Positions 42,933 through 52,923 are shown, counted from the stretch's first letter. The stretch: 64,000 bases of DNA from Candidatus Nanoarchaeia archaeon (GCA_035290625.1 DATDTY010000033.1:20482-84481); one strand, 5' to 3'. Made by a program: numbers and translations. Notes: a model not told the origin generated them from the sequence alone.

Positions 42933-43652
42933 ATGGAACTTGAAATCAAAGACCTTTATGTAAGCATCGGCGGGAAGGATATTGTGAAGGGGCTCAGCCT
43001 CACCCTCGCTCAAGGAGAGGTCATTGCACTCATGGGTCCGAATGGGTCTGGAAAGTCAACTCTTGCTTCAGCGATTATGGGAGACCCCCACTGCGATGTG
43101 CAGTCAGGAAAGATACTCGTGAACGGAGAAGATATCACTGGCCTCTCTCCAGATAAACGCGCACAGAAAGGGATTTTCCTCAGCTTCCAGTACCCAAAAG
43201 AGATCACTGGGGTGACGCTTGCCAACTTCCTCAGGACAAGCTACAACTCGCTGCGAGAGAACCCTCTCGGAGTGATGGACTTTCAGAAACTGCTCAAGGA
43301 AAAGATGCACGATCTCCAGATGGACTCACAGTTTACGAAGAGGTATCTCAATGAAGGATTCTCAGGAGGAGAGAAGAAGAGGACTGAGATCCTGCAGATG
43401 ATGGTGCTTGAGCCTACGTTCGCTATTCTGGACGAGACTGACTCTGGATTAGATGTTGACGCACTGCGAATTGTCGCCCATGGGATTAATGCCATGAAGG
43501 GGCCTAAGCGAGGCATCCTGATCATCACTCATTACCACAGAATCCTTGATTACATCTCTCCAGACAAGGTCTTCATTATGAAGGACGGGAAGATTGTGAA
43601 GTCCGGGGGGCATGACCTGGCCATTGAGGTCGAAAAGAAGGGGTATCAATGA
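42933..43652 (+). CDS. sufC: Fe-S cluster assembly ATPase SufC (ABC-type). Start at ATG 42933; the track's TTG start at 42906 lies inside a duplicated leader.
   Basis: Walker A GPNGSGKST. ABC signature LSGGEKKR. Walker B ILDETDSGLD. Confidence 0.85.
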   Translation: MELEIKDLYVSIGGKDIVKGLSLTLAQGEVIALMGPNGSGKSTLASAIMGDPHCDVQSGKILVNGEDITGLSPDKRAQKGIFLSFQYPKEITGVTLANFLRTSYNSLRENPLGVMDFQKLLKEKMHDLQMDSQFTKRYLNEGFSGGEKKRTEILQMMVLEPTFAILDETDSGLDVDALRIVAHGINAMKGPKRGILIITHYHRILDYISPDKVFIMKDGKIVKSGGHDLAIEVEKKGYQ

Positions 43653-44074
43653 TGGGATTTATAGGAGTTTTTGGCAAGAGCAAAAGCGACAAGGAACCCG
43701 CTCTTTCAGAGCCCGCTCTTTCAGCAAAGGGGCATGAGAAGGAGCAGCCATACGCAGGCCTGGCGGTTAAAGATCAGGAAACGTTGCAGAAGGACGCCAG
43801 GAATCTGGAGATCATTGAACAGATAAAACAGGTTGTTGATCCAGAAATCAATATGGACATCTGGACCCTGGGTCTGATTTATGATATCCAGCAGACTGGG
43901 GATATCGTGAAGATAATTCTCACCCTGACAAGCCCGATGTGCCCGTTTGGCCCCCAGATCATGGAAGAGCTGAAATCAAGGATAGAAAAGCTTGGGAAAA
44001 AACCTGAACTGGAGCTTGTCTTCTCACCTGCATGGAAACCTTCTGAAGATCTGCGGGAACTGCTGGGGGTGTAA
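43649..44074 (+). CDS. sufT: DUF59 / SufT-like (MIP18 family) Fe-S assembly protein
   Basis: VVDPEINMDIWTLGLIYDI ... LTLTSPMCPFG. Confidence 0.65.
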   Translation: MMGFIGVFGKSKSDKEPALSEPALSAKGHEKEQPYAGLAVKDQETLQKDARNLEIIEQIKQVVDPEINMDIWTLGLIYDIQQTGDIVKIILTLTSPMCPFGPQIMEELKSRIEKLGKKPELELVFSPAWKPSEDLRELLGV

Positions 44075-44179
44075 AGTGCTCTGAGTTGGTTGCCCCAAAA
44101 ACAGCCGCAATCTTTCAACTGCCGTGCTCACCAAACTCCAACAACAAACCTTATAAACTTAAACTTCTTCAAGGATGTC

Positions 44180-44596
44180 ATGCCGTTGTATGCTATAACG
44201 CAGGTCTTGGCTCTGATAGGGTTTGCTATAAGCCTTTATTTCATTATGGTTTATAGGGGCATACTCAGCCAGAACACACGAATGCTTCCAAAAGACATCT
44301 GTTCTCCGCACACCTGCGGGAATATCATTGCTACGCAATACTCCTATTTGTTTGGCGTCCCAAATTTTGTGTGGGGGCTGCTTTTCTATACATCGATCTT
44401 TCTGGCAGGATTTTTTCAGTTTGAGCATCCCTATCTTTTGCTCATTATGCTGGCGACATGGGTGTCAGTTGCCTATGCGGCATACCTGCTCCATGCAATG
44501 GTGTATAGAATCCATATCATCTGCAAACTCTGCGTAGCAACCCATATCATAAACCTGCTCATTGCAATCCTCTACACGAGCCTTGCTTTAACTTAG
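44180..44596 (+). CDS. VKOR-family (vitamin K epoxide reductase-like) membrane thiol-disulfide oxidoreductase; start at MPLYAITQ
   Basis: 4 TM helices. Loop cysteine pair CSPHTC and CKLC (CxxC) in the last TM. Confidence 0.5.
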   Translation: MPLYAITQVLALIGFAISLYFIMVYRGILSQNTRMLPKDICSPHTCGNIIATQYSYLFGVPNFVWGLLFYTSIFLAGFFQFEHPYLLLIMLATWVSVAYAAYLLHAMVYRIHIICKLCVATHIINLLIAILYTSLALT

Positions 44597-44998
44597 GACT
44601 TTCCTCATCATCTTTACCCTGGACTGCACTTTCTTGAGAAGCTGGGTCTTTGAGTAGGCTTTCTTAATATCCCGGGCAAGGGTCTTATCTTCAATGACCT
44701 CCTGGATCCATTTTGCGAAGTCGTTCTTCTTTCTATTGACGTGGTAGATGAACGTGTGGTTGCTCATGATCTTTAGCTCTCTGACCAGCTCGCTCAAATT
44801 CTTGATGATTGGTCCTTCCATGATCCAGAAGCTTTTTTCAGGACTTACGTTCCGAAGGTATTTCCGCGCAGTATCCCTTGTTACCTTTGGCTTCTTTCGC
44901 CTCGTAGCCTTTGCTGCGCTCTTTCCTTGCTCTTTTTTGACCTTATGGCCTGTTTTAGAATGAGACCTGAGATTTCCTCTTTTACCTCTTTTTGGCAT
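44588..44998 (-). CDS. Hypothetical protein with a highly basic N-terminal tail; start at MPKRGKRG
   Basis: ORF. K/R-rich N-terminus. Confidence 0.35.
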   Translation of the reverse strand: MPKRGKRGNLRSHSKTGHKVKKEQGKSAAKATRRKKPKVTRDTARKYLRNVSPEKSFWIMEGPIIKNLSELVRELKIMSNHTFIYHVNRKKNDFAKWIQEVIEDKTLARDIKKAYSKTQLLKKVQSRVKMMRKVLS

Positions 44999-45089
44999 TT
45001 CCACCCCTCCAATCAGCATTCCAGAGAACACTTCCTTTTAAATCTTTTGGTACAAACTTACTACTACTCTAGAAAAGTGAGATAGGCAG

Positions 45090-45163
45090 AGTGGCCATCG
45101 GGATTTGAACCCGAGCCGAGAGATCCACAGTCTCTAATGCTGCCAGACTACACCATGGCCACC
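45090..45163 (-). tRNA. tRNA-His (anticodon GUG) with genome-encoded G-1; discriminator U
   Basis: Acceptor GUGGCCA/UGGCCAC preceded by G. Anticodon stem AGAGA/UCUCU with loop CUGUGGA. T arm UCGGG-UUCAAAU-CCCGA. Confidence 0.8.
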
Positions 45164-45207
45164 ACTTTACGAAGAAACTGCTTCAGAGTTTATAAGTTTT
45201 TGTAGCC

Positions 45208-45660
45208 TTACTTGGAGACAAAGCCCCGAACATAAGCGAGGTATTCCTTCGCTTTCTCATAATACTGGGTGACCACGTCAATGTTAATCTCAACTGGCTT
45301 CCCATCAACCTTGGCCAGCATCGCAACATGCCGTCGGTATTCCCGCGTCTTTGTGTATTCAACCAACATGAGCTTCCTCAGGTCGCTGTAAAGGGAGATA
45401 AACTCTATCAGCTTGCTGTCCTTGCTATACAGCTTGCGTATCAGCTCTGCCCGGGTCCCTGGATTTGAAGGGATCTCATCGATCTTCTTCCTGCTTTTTG
45501 CGTATTTGAGGAGGGATTCTATCAGAAAGTCAAAGCAGGCGATACATCTCTCTATTCCGTGGCGGATCATGTCAACTGTCCGCGTATACTTGAGGCTCAC
45601 AAAAATCAGGTGATCCACACGCTTTAGCTCTTCTGCTGCTTCGTCTAACGCTTCCTGCAT
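45208..45660 (-). CDS. Hypothetical protein (150 aa)
   Basis: ORF only. Confidence 0.35.
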   Translation of the reverse strand: MQEALDEAAEELKRVDHLIFVSLKYTRTVDMIRHGIERCIACFDFLIESLLKYAKSRKKIDEIPSNPGTRAELIRKLYSKDSKLIEFISLYSDLRKLMLVEYTKTREYRRHVAMLAKVDGKPVEINIDVVTQYYEKAKEYLAYVRGFVSK

Positions 45661-45670
45661 TCTAGAATAC

Positions 45671-45997
45671 TCAACTCCTTAAGCTCAGGATCGCCTCTGC
45701 GAGATCTCCGGATGATTCTTTCAAAGCTCTCTCGGCCTCTGCTTTCGTTACTTTTGCCTGTTCCATAACTGTCTCTATATCCTCTTCTGAAACCTCAGAA
45801 TCCCGTTCCACCGCATGGCCAACCACTTGGTAGGTCTCCTGGCCGCCAATATCTATCTTTGAAACACTCGGGTTCTGAATAACGATCTCTTTCTCGGGAG
45901 TCCGGATGATTACTTCCCGGGCCTCTATCTCAGTCTGCTGGAGGCCCATCCTCTTCATCATCATCTTTACCTGCCTGCTGTTGATTCCGGGGATCAT
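45671..45997 (-). CDS. nac: Nascent polypeptide-associated complex alpha subunit (NAC domain plus C-terminal UBA-like region)
   Basis: MMKRMGLQ ... EIVIQNPSVSKI ... C-terminal AEAERALKESSGDLAEAI. Confidence 0.75.
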   Translation of the reverse strand: MIPGINSRQVKMMMKRMGLQQTEIEAREVIIRTPEKEIVIQNPSVSKIDIGGQETYQVVGHAVERDSEVSEEDIETVMEQAKVTKAEAERALKESSGDLAEAILSLRS

Positions 45998-46000
45998 CAG

Positions 46001-46177
46001 CTCACCCAATTCCAAGAAGCGCGTTTCCCTGAATGTGCAGGGAGATTATTATAAGGATGATAATCACTGCAATAATGATAATGTGGCCGGGCTTAAGCGT
46101 GATCTTTGATTTATACTCATCGAAATACCTTGTCAAGCCACCCATGCCTGAGGGAAGATGGATCCTGTCCTGCGCCA
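46001..46177 (-). CDS. secG: Preprotein translocase Sec61 beta subunit (archaeal SecG/Sbh homolog), 58 aa. Missed by the ORF track, which lists an out-of-frame ORF 46117..46371 instead.
   Basis: Manual translation MAQDRIHLPSGMGGLTRYFDEYKSKITLKPGHIIIIAVIIILIIISLHIQGNALLGIG carries the GL(T/I)RYF motif followed by a single TM helix. Confidence 0.7.
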
Positions 46178-46241
46178 TACCCCTTATAAGTCTGTGTTTG
46201 TTTAAATAGTTTTGCTATCGTTTTGACCTGGCCCGATTGGA

Positions 46242-46359
46242 GGTTGCCGCCTCTTTCGCGAGGCACAATAACTCCTATCAGCACAAGCGGAGGGGGTCGT
46301 CCCATACGGGGCGGTGCCGCTCTTCGCTGGAAACAGCAAGAGCCGAGCTGGCGGCAACC
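46242..46359. repeat. Structured repeat family 3, copy B (118 nt). Same GGUUGCCGCC ... GGCGGCAACC closing stem as copy A. Contains a GAAA tetraloop hairpin CUGGAAACAG. Flanked by an 18-bp direct repeat ctatcgttttgacctggc (46215-46232 and 46388-46405).
   Basis: Terminal complementarity and flanking duplication read directly. Shares the AUCAGCAC and GAAACA blocks with copy A. Confidence 0.45.
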
Positions 46360-46915
46360 CGAACCATGCAAGATTTGGGGTAGTGCCCTATCGTTTTGAC
46401 CTGGCTGGTTCTGAAGAAGTCCTTATAATCTCATCCGGAAATCCGTACTCGAACGGAAATCCGTACTCGAAGTATACCTTACTAGAAGTATAGAATTATG
46501 GGCAGAAATAAGCCGCCTTTTGTGGGGCCCTCCCCTTTTGGAAAGGTTCATCGAAGGCCCTGCCAGCATTTGACTTAGCGTTCTGTGAACTTGCACAAGC
46601 CGGGGCTCGCCTTTCATCCATTCACAGGAAAATCCATTGGATTTTCCTGTCCCGGAAAATCTCTGATTTTCTCGGGCCTCAAAATCGTCTGCAGGTTATC
46701 TCAGTTTTGTCGCCAAAACCTTCTCATGCGTCTTCCTCTTTGAGGGGGGTCTTGTTTCTGCGCGGTTGCCATCCCTTTCGAGATGTGCCTCTCGGCACCG
46801 GCTGCTCCATCCTAAATAAGGGAATTTAACCCTTATCTTCGGACTTCAGTGGGCGGACTTTCCTCAGTTTCCCGAAAGCCAGCTTTCTGCCCGCTTTCTG
46901 AAAAGCTCCGCTCAT

Positions 46916-48046
46916 TTATAAACCTTTATCCTCCATTTTCTGCTCTTTTCTGAACAGCAGGATCCTAAACTCTTTTTTCCCCTGCCAGATAGATCTCCTC
47001 TCTTTGATGATGAACTGGCGCTTTTTTGCGGCCTCTTCAACCTTCTCCGGCTTGGGGGTCAGCAGTGCGATAACTCCCTCTTTTCTTAAGATGTATTCTG
47101 CAGCGTAAAAGAATTCATTGAGCAGCTTTTCTCCTCCCTTGTCATCCAAACCTTCCGGCAGCCTTGTGATAATCTTGTCTACGCTTTCTTTCTCAAAGCG
47201 CGTATCCAGCCATTCTGTCTCAATCTTTGAGAAGCGAATTGCTGAGCAGCCTGCAATCTTTGCGTTCTTCTCAGCAGCACGAACATTCCTCATCTCGGGG
47301 TCGGCGGCGGTGATGCCGAGTTGCGGCTTCTTGTACTCTCTATCGATATTCTCAAACCATTTTAGGATTCTTGGCTGGCTTGTTAGCTTTTGCTTCTCGA
47401 AAAAACGAACAGGCCGCTCTCTTGCGAGGCATGCCTCAATGGCGATTTCTCCGCTTCTGCAAAATGGATCAAGGATGGTTTCGTCCTTTTTTATCTCTGC
47501 TATCCTGCAGAGGGCAAATGCTGTTGTGCCGGTAATGCCTTGAGGGTGTGTGAAAATCCTGTAGGTGCGTTTTCCCAGATCCAGCTTTGTTATGTCCCTG
47601 CTTATGCTGATACCCTTGTTGGTGGCTGAAACGAGGATGGTCTGCTCTGGGTTCTCAAGATCCACTTCCAGGATATTCCTGCTTTTGGCCTTGATGCATT
47701 CCCCACAACCAGCCTCTATCTCTTTAGCAGTATGCTCAGGATCCTCTCTGGTTAGCGATTCCACCTTAAAGCTTCCCTTGAGCCAGCCCCACCTGCATTT
47801 GTTGATCATGCCTCTGGCTTGGTCCAGGATATCGTCGCTCTTTTCTTCCCTAATCAGAAGTTCTCCAATCCGGTGAATACTCTGGGCGCAGTACGCGACC
47901 TTCCACACGGCATCTTCGGAGGCGTCAAACACCACCTCTTTCTCATTGATTGTTGCGTGCGCAGAGATTAATTCGCTGATCTCTTTCTCTGCAGCCTCTT
48001 CAGCTCCCCTTTGGGTATAGGCAACCGCCTTCAGAACCTTCCTCAT
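46916..48046 (-). CDS. THUMP-domain RNA methyltransferase (Trm14 / tRNA m2G6-like)
   Basis: N-terminal THUMP-like region. [15 protein letters not shown] (motif I). Class I MTase fold. Confidence 0.65.
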   Translation of the reverse strand: MRKVLKAVAYTQRGAEEAAEKEISELISAHATINEKEVVFDASEDAVWKVAYCAQSIHRIGELLIREEKSDDILDQARGMINKCRWGWLKGSFKVESLTREDPEHTAKEIEAGCGECIKAKSRNILEVDLENPEQTILVSATNKGISISRDITKLDLGKRTYRIFTHPQGITGTTAFALCRIAEIKKDETILDPFCRSGEIAIEACLARERPVRFFEKQKLTSQPRILKWFENIDREYKKPQLGITAADPEMRNVRAAEKNAKIAGCSAIRFSKIETEWLDTRFEKESVDKIITRLPEGLDDKGGEKLLNEFFYAAEYILRKEGVIALLTPKPEKVEEAAKKRQFIIKERRSIWQGKKEFRILLFRKEQKMEDKGL

Positions 48047-50487
48047 TCTGCCTTGACAAGAGCAGCGGAAACCACTTTGTCGCCCTCCTCCAGCTTCATG
48101 ATCCTGACGCCCTGGGTGTTCCTCCCGATTACTCCTACTCCTGAAATCGGTATGCGGATGATCGATCCTTGCTGCGAGACCACCATCACTTCTTCTTTAT
48201 CGGATACGCATTTGATGGCTACAACTGCGCCGTTCCTCTCATTTGAAACGATGTCTATAACCCCCGAACCCCCCCGGGAAATGAGCCGATACTCAGAGAC
48301 AGGCGTCCTCTTTCCGTATCCCTTCTCTGTTATCGTGAGCAGAAACTTGTCGGGGTCTGCCTTGACCATACCAATAACACGATCTTTTGCCTTCAACCTT
48401 ATGCCTCTGACCCCTTTTCCTGACCTTCCGACAGTCCTAATATCCTCCTCATGAAACCGCACTGCTTTGCCTGCTGCAGTTGCCAGGATCAGCTCAGATT
48501 CCTGATCCGTAAGCTGAACGTTCTCGAGCTCATCCTCACTTTCAAGTGTGATTCCGATGATGCCTCCCTGGCGCGGCCTGCTGTACTCTTCAAGCCTCGT
48601 CTTTTTTATGATGCCCTTCATTGTTGCCATGACCAGGCAATGCCTGTCGTCGAATTCCTTCACAGGGATGCATGCCGAGAGCCGTTCTCCTTCCTGCAGC
48701 TTCAAGAGGTTCGTTATGGCTTTTCCCCGCGCTTGCCTCCCCTCTTCAGGTATTTCCCATACTTTCAGCCAATGCACCCTCCCTTTATTTGTAAAGAACA
48801 GGAGATAGCTCCTGCTTGAGCCTACAAAGAGATCTTCAATGAAGTCCTCTTCTCGTGCTGTCGCAGCTATGACTCCCTTACCCCCCCGCTTTTGCTGCCT
48901 GTACGCCTCCAACCCCAACCTTTTGATATAGCCTGCGTGAGTAATCGTGATCACATTCTCTTTATCCTCGATGAGGTCCTCTTCGTCAACATCCTTCGCT
49001 TCCTCGATAATCTGCGTCCGTCTTGCGTCGCCATACTTTTCCTGGATGTCCCTCAGCTCTTCCTTTATGATTTCGAGGATTCTCTGCTCGCTTGCCAAGA
49101 TATCTTTCAGATTCTTAATCAGGGTCGTCACCTCTTCCTGCTCCTGCACGACCTTGCCGCTCTCTAGGCTTGTGAGGCGAGACAGGCGCATGTCAAGAAT
49201 TGCCTGGGCCTGCTTTTCAGAAAGCACAAATCTTTCCATAAGGGTTGCTCTTGCATGATCGGCGTCTTCAGACTTCCTTATTGCCTCAACTACATCATCG
49301 ATGTTCTGCAGGGCAATGATCAGGCCTGCGAGGATATGGCTTCGCTCTTCGGCTTGCCTGAGATCATACTCTGTGCGCTTCCGCACAATCTCTCTCCGGT
49401 GCGCCGCATACTGCTGCATCATCTCTTTGAGGTTCAGGATTTTCGGCTGGTTGCCGACAAGCGCGAGCATAATCACCCCAAATGCAACCTGCAGCCTGCT
49501 CCTTGCATAAAGCTGATTCAGCAGGATTTCCGGATCTACCCCCGCCTTCAGCTGAAGAACAATGCGGATACCCTCCCGATCGGATTCGTCGCGTATATCC
49601 GAGATTCCCTGGACTCGTTTGTCTTTTACGAGCTCAGCAATCTCCTCAACGAGCTGGGATTTGTTTACCATGTACGGTATCTCCTTTATGACTATTGCGT
49701 CCCTGTTCTTGGCTTGCCCGATCTCGGCCTTTGCACGGATGACAATCTTGCCTTTTCCGGTCTGGAACGTCTGATGGATGCCTCGCCTGCCACGAATCAA
49801 TCCCGCTGTTGGAAAGTCCGGCCCTTTTACGAATTGCATCAGCCCTTCAATGCTAATCTCCGGGTTGTCAATGAGCGCAATCACGCCCTGGCAGATCTCC
49901 CTGAGATTGTGGGGGGGAATGTTTGTTGCCATCCCAACAGCAATTCCGCTGCTTCCGTTGATGAGCAGGTTTGGGAGCTTTGCAGGAAGCACTGCAGGCT
50001 CAGTCATGGAATCGTCAAAATTTGGGACAAACTCAACCGTCTCCTTTTCGATGTCTGCCAGCATCTCTTCTGCAATGCGGTTCAGCCTGGCTTCTGTATA
50101 GCGCATCGCAGCAGGGCGGTCTCCATCAACTGATCCAAAATTTCCCTGGCCATCAATGAGCGGATAGCGCAATGAAAAGGTCTGGACCATCCGGACCATG
50201 GCATCATACACCGCAGTATCGCCATGCGGATGGTATTTACCCAATGTTTCCCCGACAATCCTCGCAGACTTCTTATAGGGCCTGTTATGGAGCATCCCCA
50301 TACTGTGCATTGCAACGAGAATCCTGCGGTGCACGGGCTTTAATCCGTCACGGGCATCTGGCAGCGCCCTTCCCACAATCACTGACATAGAATATGCGAG
50401 GTAGGACTTTTTCATCTCCTCTTCAATCAATGTGCTTACGATTCGCTGCTTGGTTGATGCGGATTTTTCTTCAGATTTTTCTTCCAT
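48043..50487 (-). CDS. gyrA: DNA gyrase subunit A
   Basis: [18 protein letters not shown] ... [16 protein letters not shown] ... [11 protein letters not shown] with catalytic Tyr in AAMRYTE. C-terminal beta-pinwheel repeats. Confidence 0.9.
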   Translation of the reverse strand: MEEKSEEKSASTKQRIVSTLIEEEMKKSYLAYSMSVIVGRALPDARDGLKPVHRRILVAMHSMGMLHNRPYKKSARIVGETLGKYHPHGDTAVYDAMVRMVQTFSLRYPLIDGQGNFGSVDGDRPAAMRYTEARLNRIAEEMLADIEKETVEFVPNFDDSMTEPAVLPAKLPNLLINGSSGIAVGMATNIPPHNLREICQGVIALIDNPEISIEGLMQFVKGPDFPTAGLIRGRRGIHQTFQTGKGKIVIRAKAEIGQAKNRDAIVIKEIPYMVNKSQLVEEIAELVKDKRVQGISDIRDESDREGIRIVLQLKAGVDPEILLNQLYARSRLQVAFGVIMLALVGNQPKILNLKEMMQQYAAHRREIVRKRTEYDLRQAEERSHILAGLIIALQNIDDVVEAIRKSEDADHARATLMERFVLSEKQAQAILDMRLSRLTSLESGKVVQEQEEVTTLIKNLKDILASEQRILEIIKEELRDIQEKYGDARRTQIIEEAKDVDEEDLIEDKENVITITHAGYIKRLGLEAYRQQKRGGKGVIAATAREEDFIEDLFVGSSRSYLLFFTNKGRVHWLKVWEIPEEGRQARGKAITNLLKLQEGERLSACIPVKEFDDRHCLVMATMKGIIKKTRLEEYSRPRQGGIIGITLESEDELENVQLTDQESELILATAAGKAVRFHEEDIRTVGRSGKGVRGIRLKAKDRVIGMVKADPDKFLLTITEKGYGKRTPVSEYRLISRGGSGVIDIVSNERNGAVVAIKCVSDKEEVMVVSQQGSIIRIPISGVGVIGRNTQGVRIMKLEEGDKVVSAALVKAE

Positions 50488-50611
50488 TGTCCTGAGAATT
50501 CTCCCTGAATTTCAGTATCAAAGAATGGACAGCCGTATATAAGCCTTTTGGTGGAAAATTGCCTTTATAGGCCGTATATCAAAGAAATTTACGTATTGAG
50601 TTGCGTATTGA

Positions 50612-50753
50612 GGGCTCAGTAGAAAGTCAATTGGCATCAGACTCGCTTGCGCTCGTATTCGTGTATGCTGCCCCCCGAAGTTGGCAACTCTGTCAGCAGT
50701 GGTTATGACTGCAAAGAAGCTCGCAAAAATGATGCCGGACTTTCTACTGAGCC
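50612..50753. mobile_element. MITE-like element family 1, copy 4 (142 bp). 16-bp terminal repeats identical to copy 1. Perfect 8-bp target-site duplication gtattgag (50604-50611 and 50754-50761).
   Basis: Terminal repeats and abutting direct duplications read directly. Lies upstream of gyrA. Confidence 0.8.
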
Positions 50754-50895
50754 GTATTGAGGCTGCTATGCGGCGGGTCCCGGATCAAGGCGCTGCGGCA
50801 ATCAAAGATCTTCCCGCAATACACACATGCCTTCTTTTTTGGCGCAACTCTTGGCTCGTAGAGCATGGAATTGCTGCATTTCGGGCATCTTACCT

Positions 50896-51813
50896 TCATT
50901 TGCCTTCTCCCCGTGCTGCTTCAAGAATATCTTCTGGCTCCTCGTCTGTCTGCTTTTTGACCTCTTTCCCCTTTCCAACAAGATTCGCCGCACCATCCTC
51001 TTCATCCTCGGCTTCAGCATCCTCTTTGCCTGGCTGCTCACCACCTCCAAGCATGTCCTCCACTTTCTTATCGACCTCGTTGCTATCCTCTGCCAGACCT
51101 GGCGTTGCGGCCTCAGAATCTTCGTATACTTCCAATCCGCCCAAAGCCTTCTCTGAAAAAATCTCAACTTTCTGGTCCGCTTTCTGATCCGGAGGCGTTG
51201 CATCCACAACCTCAACCTTAGGCTGTTCGGGCTGTTCCTGTTTCAGCCTCTGGCTGTGCTCTTTCTTGATATCTTCAATCTCTTTTTCCTTGATCTCAAT
51301 AAGCCTTGCAAGAGACTCCTGGCTCTTGAATGCCTCCTGCATGTTCTTTTCAGGAATATCAAAGTATTCGTAAAACTTCTCTGAAAGCCTAATCAGTTTT
51401 GTCCTGCCGAGCTTCTGCCTGCCGATATATCCGAGCTTCTCCAGTTCATCAAGATGGTTATAGGCCTTGTTCGTCCGCAGACCGATTACCTCTGATTGCT
51501 TTACCGGAGCGCGCCAGGCAATCACTGCTAATGTCTCAATTACCGATTTTGGAAGCTCAGTCTCAACACCGAGCTTTCTGGCAATATCGAGAAACTTGTC
51601 TTTTACGGTAAGCTTCCAGAATCTCCCCTCCTGGAAAAAGGCGAGCGAGGATTCTTTTTTCCTATACTCTTCCTGAAGCTCCTTCAGCAACGCTTCTGCT
51701 TCTTCCGGGCTGAGTTTGCAGATCTTTGCTATCTGTTCAAGCCCCATCCTTTTGCCTGCAGTGAAGAGCGCAGCTTCCAACTCTTTCTTCAGGTCCTCTT
51801 TCCTGTCGCTCAT
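50896..51813 (-). CDS. scpB: Segregation and condensation protein B (ScpB) with an acidic C-terminal tail
   Basis: LEAALFTAGKRMGLEQIAKI ... VIETLAVIAWRAPVKQSEVIGLR ... tandem winged-helix pattern. Confidence 0.7.
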   Translation of the reverse strand: MSDRKEDLKKELEAALFTAGKRMGLEQIAKICKLSPEEAEALLKELQEEYRKKESSLAFFQEGRFWKLTVKDKFLDIARKLGVETELPKSVIETLAVIAWRAPVKQSEVIGLRTNKAYNHLDELEKLGYIGRQKLGRTKLIRLSEKFYEYFDIPEKNMQEAFKSQESLARLIEIKEKEIEDIKKEHSQRLKQEQPEQPKVEVVDATPPDQKADQKVEIFSEKALGGLEVYEDSEAATPGLAEDSNEVDKKVEDMLGGGEQPGKEDAEAEDEEDGAANLVGKGKEVKKQTDEEPEDILEAARGEGK

Positions 51814-52448
51814 ACCCCTGCCTCTTTCCTGATTTGCTCTACTTGCATATGATCCTTCTTTATTCTGATTTTGTCTCCTGTACTCTCGAAAAAGCCGGTC
51901 TTGACGAGCTTGGCTACGAAGGGGCTGAGCTGATTTTCCGGAATTCCCACTATCTTTGATATCTCCGCCAGTGAGCGCTCTTTTCCCCCAACTGCTATGA
52001 TAAGGAGGTTCCTCAGCATCGCAAGCCCATTCTCCCTCACCAGGCGGTTTTCAGCGCTGAGGTTTTTCAGCACCATATCCATCTGGTGGATCCTCTCAAG
52101 GAGGCTTGCCATAATCTCATTGTAATCCCGTATCTTAAATGAAAGATTTTCCGGCCTGAGCACATCCAATGATGCAGGCATATAATCAAAGCAGAAATGC
52201 GTAAGCGCTGCCTTGTCAGAGAAAAGAATTTCGAGCTCGGCAAACGTGCTCCATAGCTGCTCCTGCTGCACTGGCTTGAACAGATCTCCCTTGAATACCT
52301 TCATTTTCGGGTCGTCCTTGATCTGCTTGATAACCTGCTTCATGGTATCTATGATATGTTCCTTCGGCTTTCCGACAATCTGGAGGGTAGCCCTGGCAAG
52401 GATGCAGCCTTTTTCGAGCTGCTCGTTGAGAATCTGTTTGTTCTCCAT
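51810..52448 (-). CDS. Hypothetical protein with a C-terminal winged helix, in an operon with scpB. Possible kleisin-like ScpA partner (weak).
   Basis: 4-nt overlap with scpB. C-terminal wHTH-like SLAEISKIVGIPENQLSPFVAKLVKTGFF. No canonical ScpA N-terminal motif seen. Confidence 0.35.
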   Translation of the reverse strand: MENKQILNEQLEKGCILARATLQIVGKPKEHIIDTMKQVIKQIKDDPKMKVFKGDLFKPVQQEQLWSTFAELEILFSDKAALTHFCFDYMPASLDVLRPENLSFKIRDYNEIMASLLERIHQMDMVLKNLSAENRLVRENGLAMLRNLLIIAVGGKERSLAEISKIVGIPENQLSPFVAKLVKTGFFESTGDKIRIKKDHMQVEQIRKEAGV

Positions 52449-52496
52449 GACCTTTTGGTATACCCTTGCTTATAAAAATCTTTCCAGCCAATGGTG

Positions 52497-52896
52497 GCAT
52501 TGAAAAGTCATGCAATGCCCTTTGTGAGCCTTCTATTCAAAGTACAGAACAGCGACAAAGGGGTTGCTCCATACGGAAAATGTCGATTCCCATGAGAGTA
52601 TGCGCAAGGCGAAGTCGGCATTGCCGAACGAAGTGAGCAACTTTTCAATGCGACCCAGCCAACGGCTCTACTGAAACCCCCGGCAGTGCCCATTTGCGAG
52701 GCTTCTCCATGACTAACGGCGCATCGACAAGAAGGCTGTCTCATCCGGAGAATGTCGATTTAAATCCAAGGCATTCCGAGCCGAGCCTGGCACTGCCTGC
52801 GAAGCGTTTCAGCAGAGCCCAGCCCAGAGCGCTATTGAAAAGCCATGCAACGCCAACTTGCGAGGCTTAAGAGCAACCGCTTCCCTCGAGCAACGA
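52497..52896. repeat. Repeat family 2: about 2.3 degenerate tandem copies of a roughly 170-bp unit bounded by cattgaaaagt ... acttttcaatg
   Basis: Unit 1 (52497..52655) has a 12-bp terminal inverted repeat gcattgaaaagt/acttttcaatgc. Shared blocks ttgcgaggcttct, aatgtcgatt, ggcattgcc recur in units 2 and 3. Confidence 0.55.
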
Positions 52897-52923
52897 ATTA
52901 CTCAACCCAGCATCACACAGAAA

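Noticed and set aside
46242-46359. SRP RNA or RNase P RNA in the long non-coding region
   Set aside because: A second copy of the same element exists at 1470..1586 with mobile-element-like flanks. None of the universally conserved SRP domain IV or RNase P P4 motifs were found by eye.
46117-46371. ORF-track CDS (84 aa) on the minus strand
   Set aside because: It is out of frame with, and overlapping, the well-supported Sec61beta gene (46001..46177). Its N-terminal part lies in the repeat-rich non-coding region.
51810-52448. Firm assignment of the scpB-upstream gene as ScpA (kleisin)
   Set aside because: Operon position and a C-terminal winged helix fit, but the characteristic ScpA N-terminal motif is not visible. 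I left it as hypothetical with a note.
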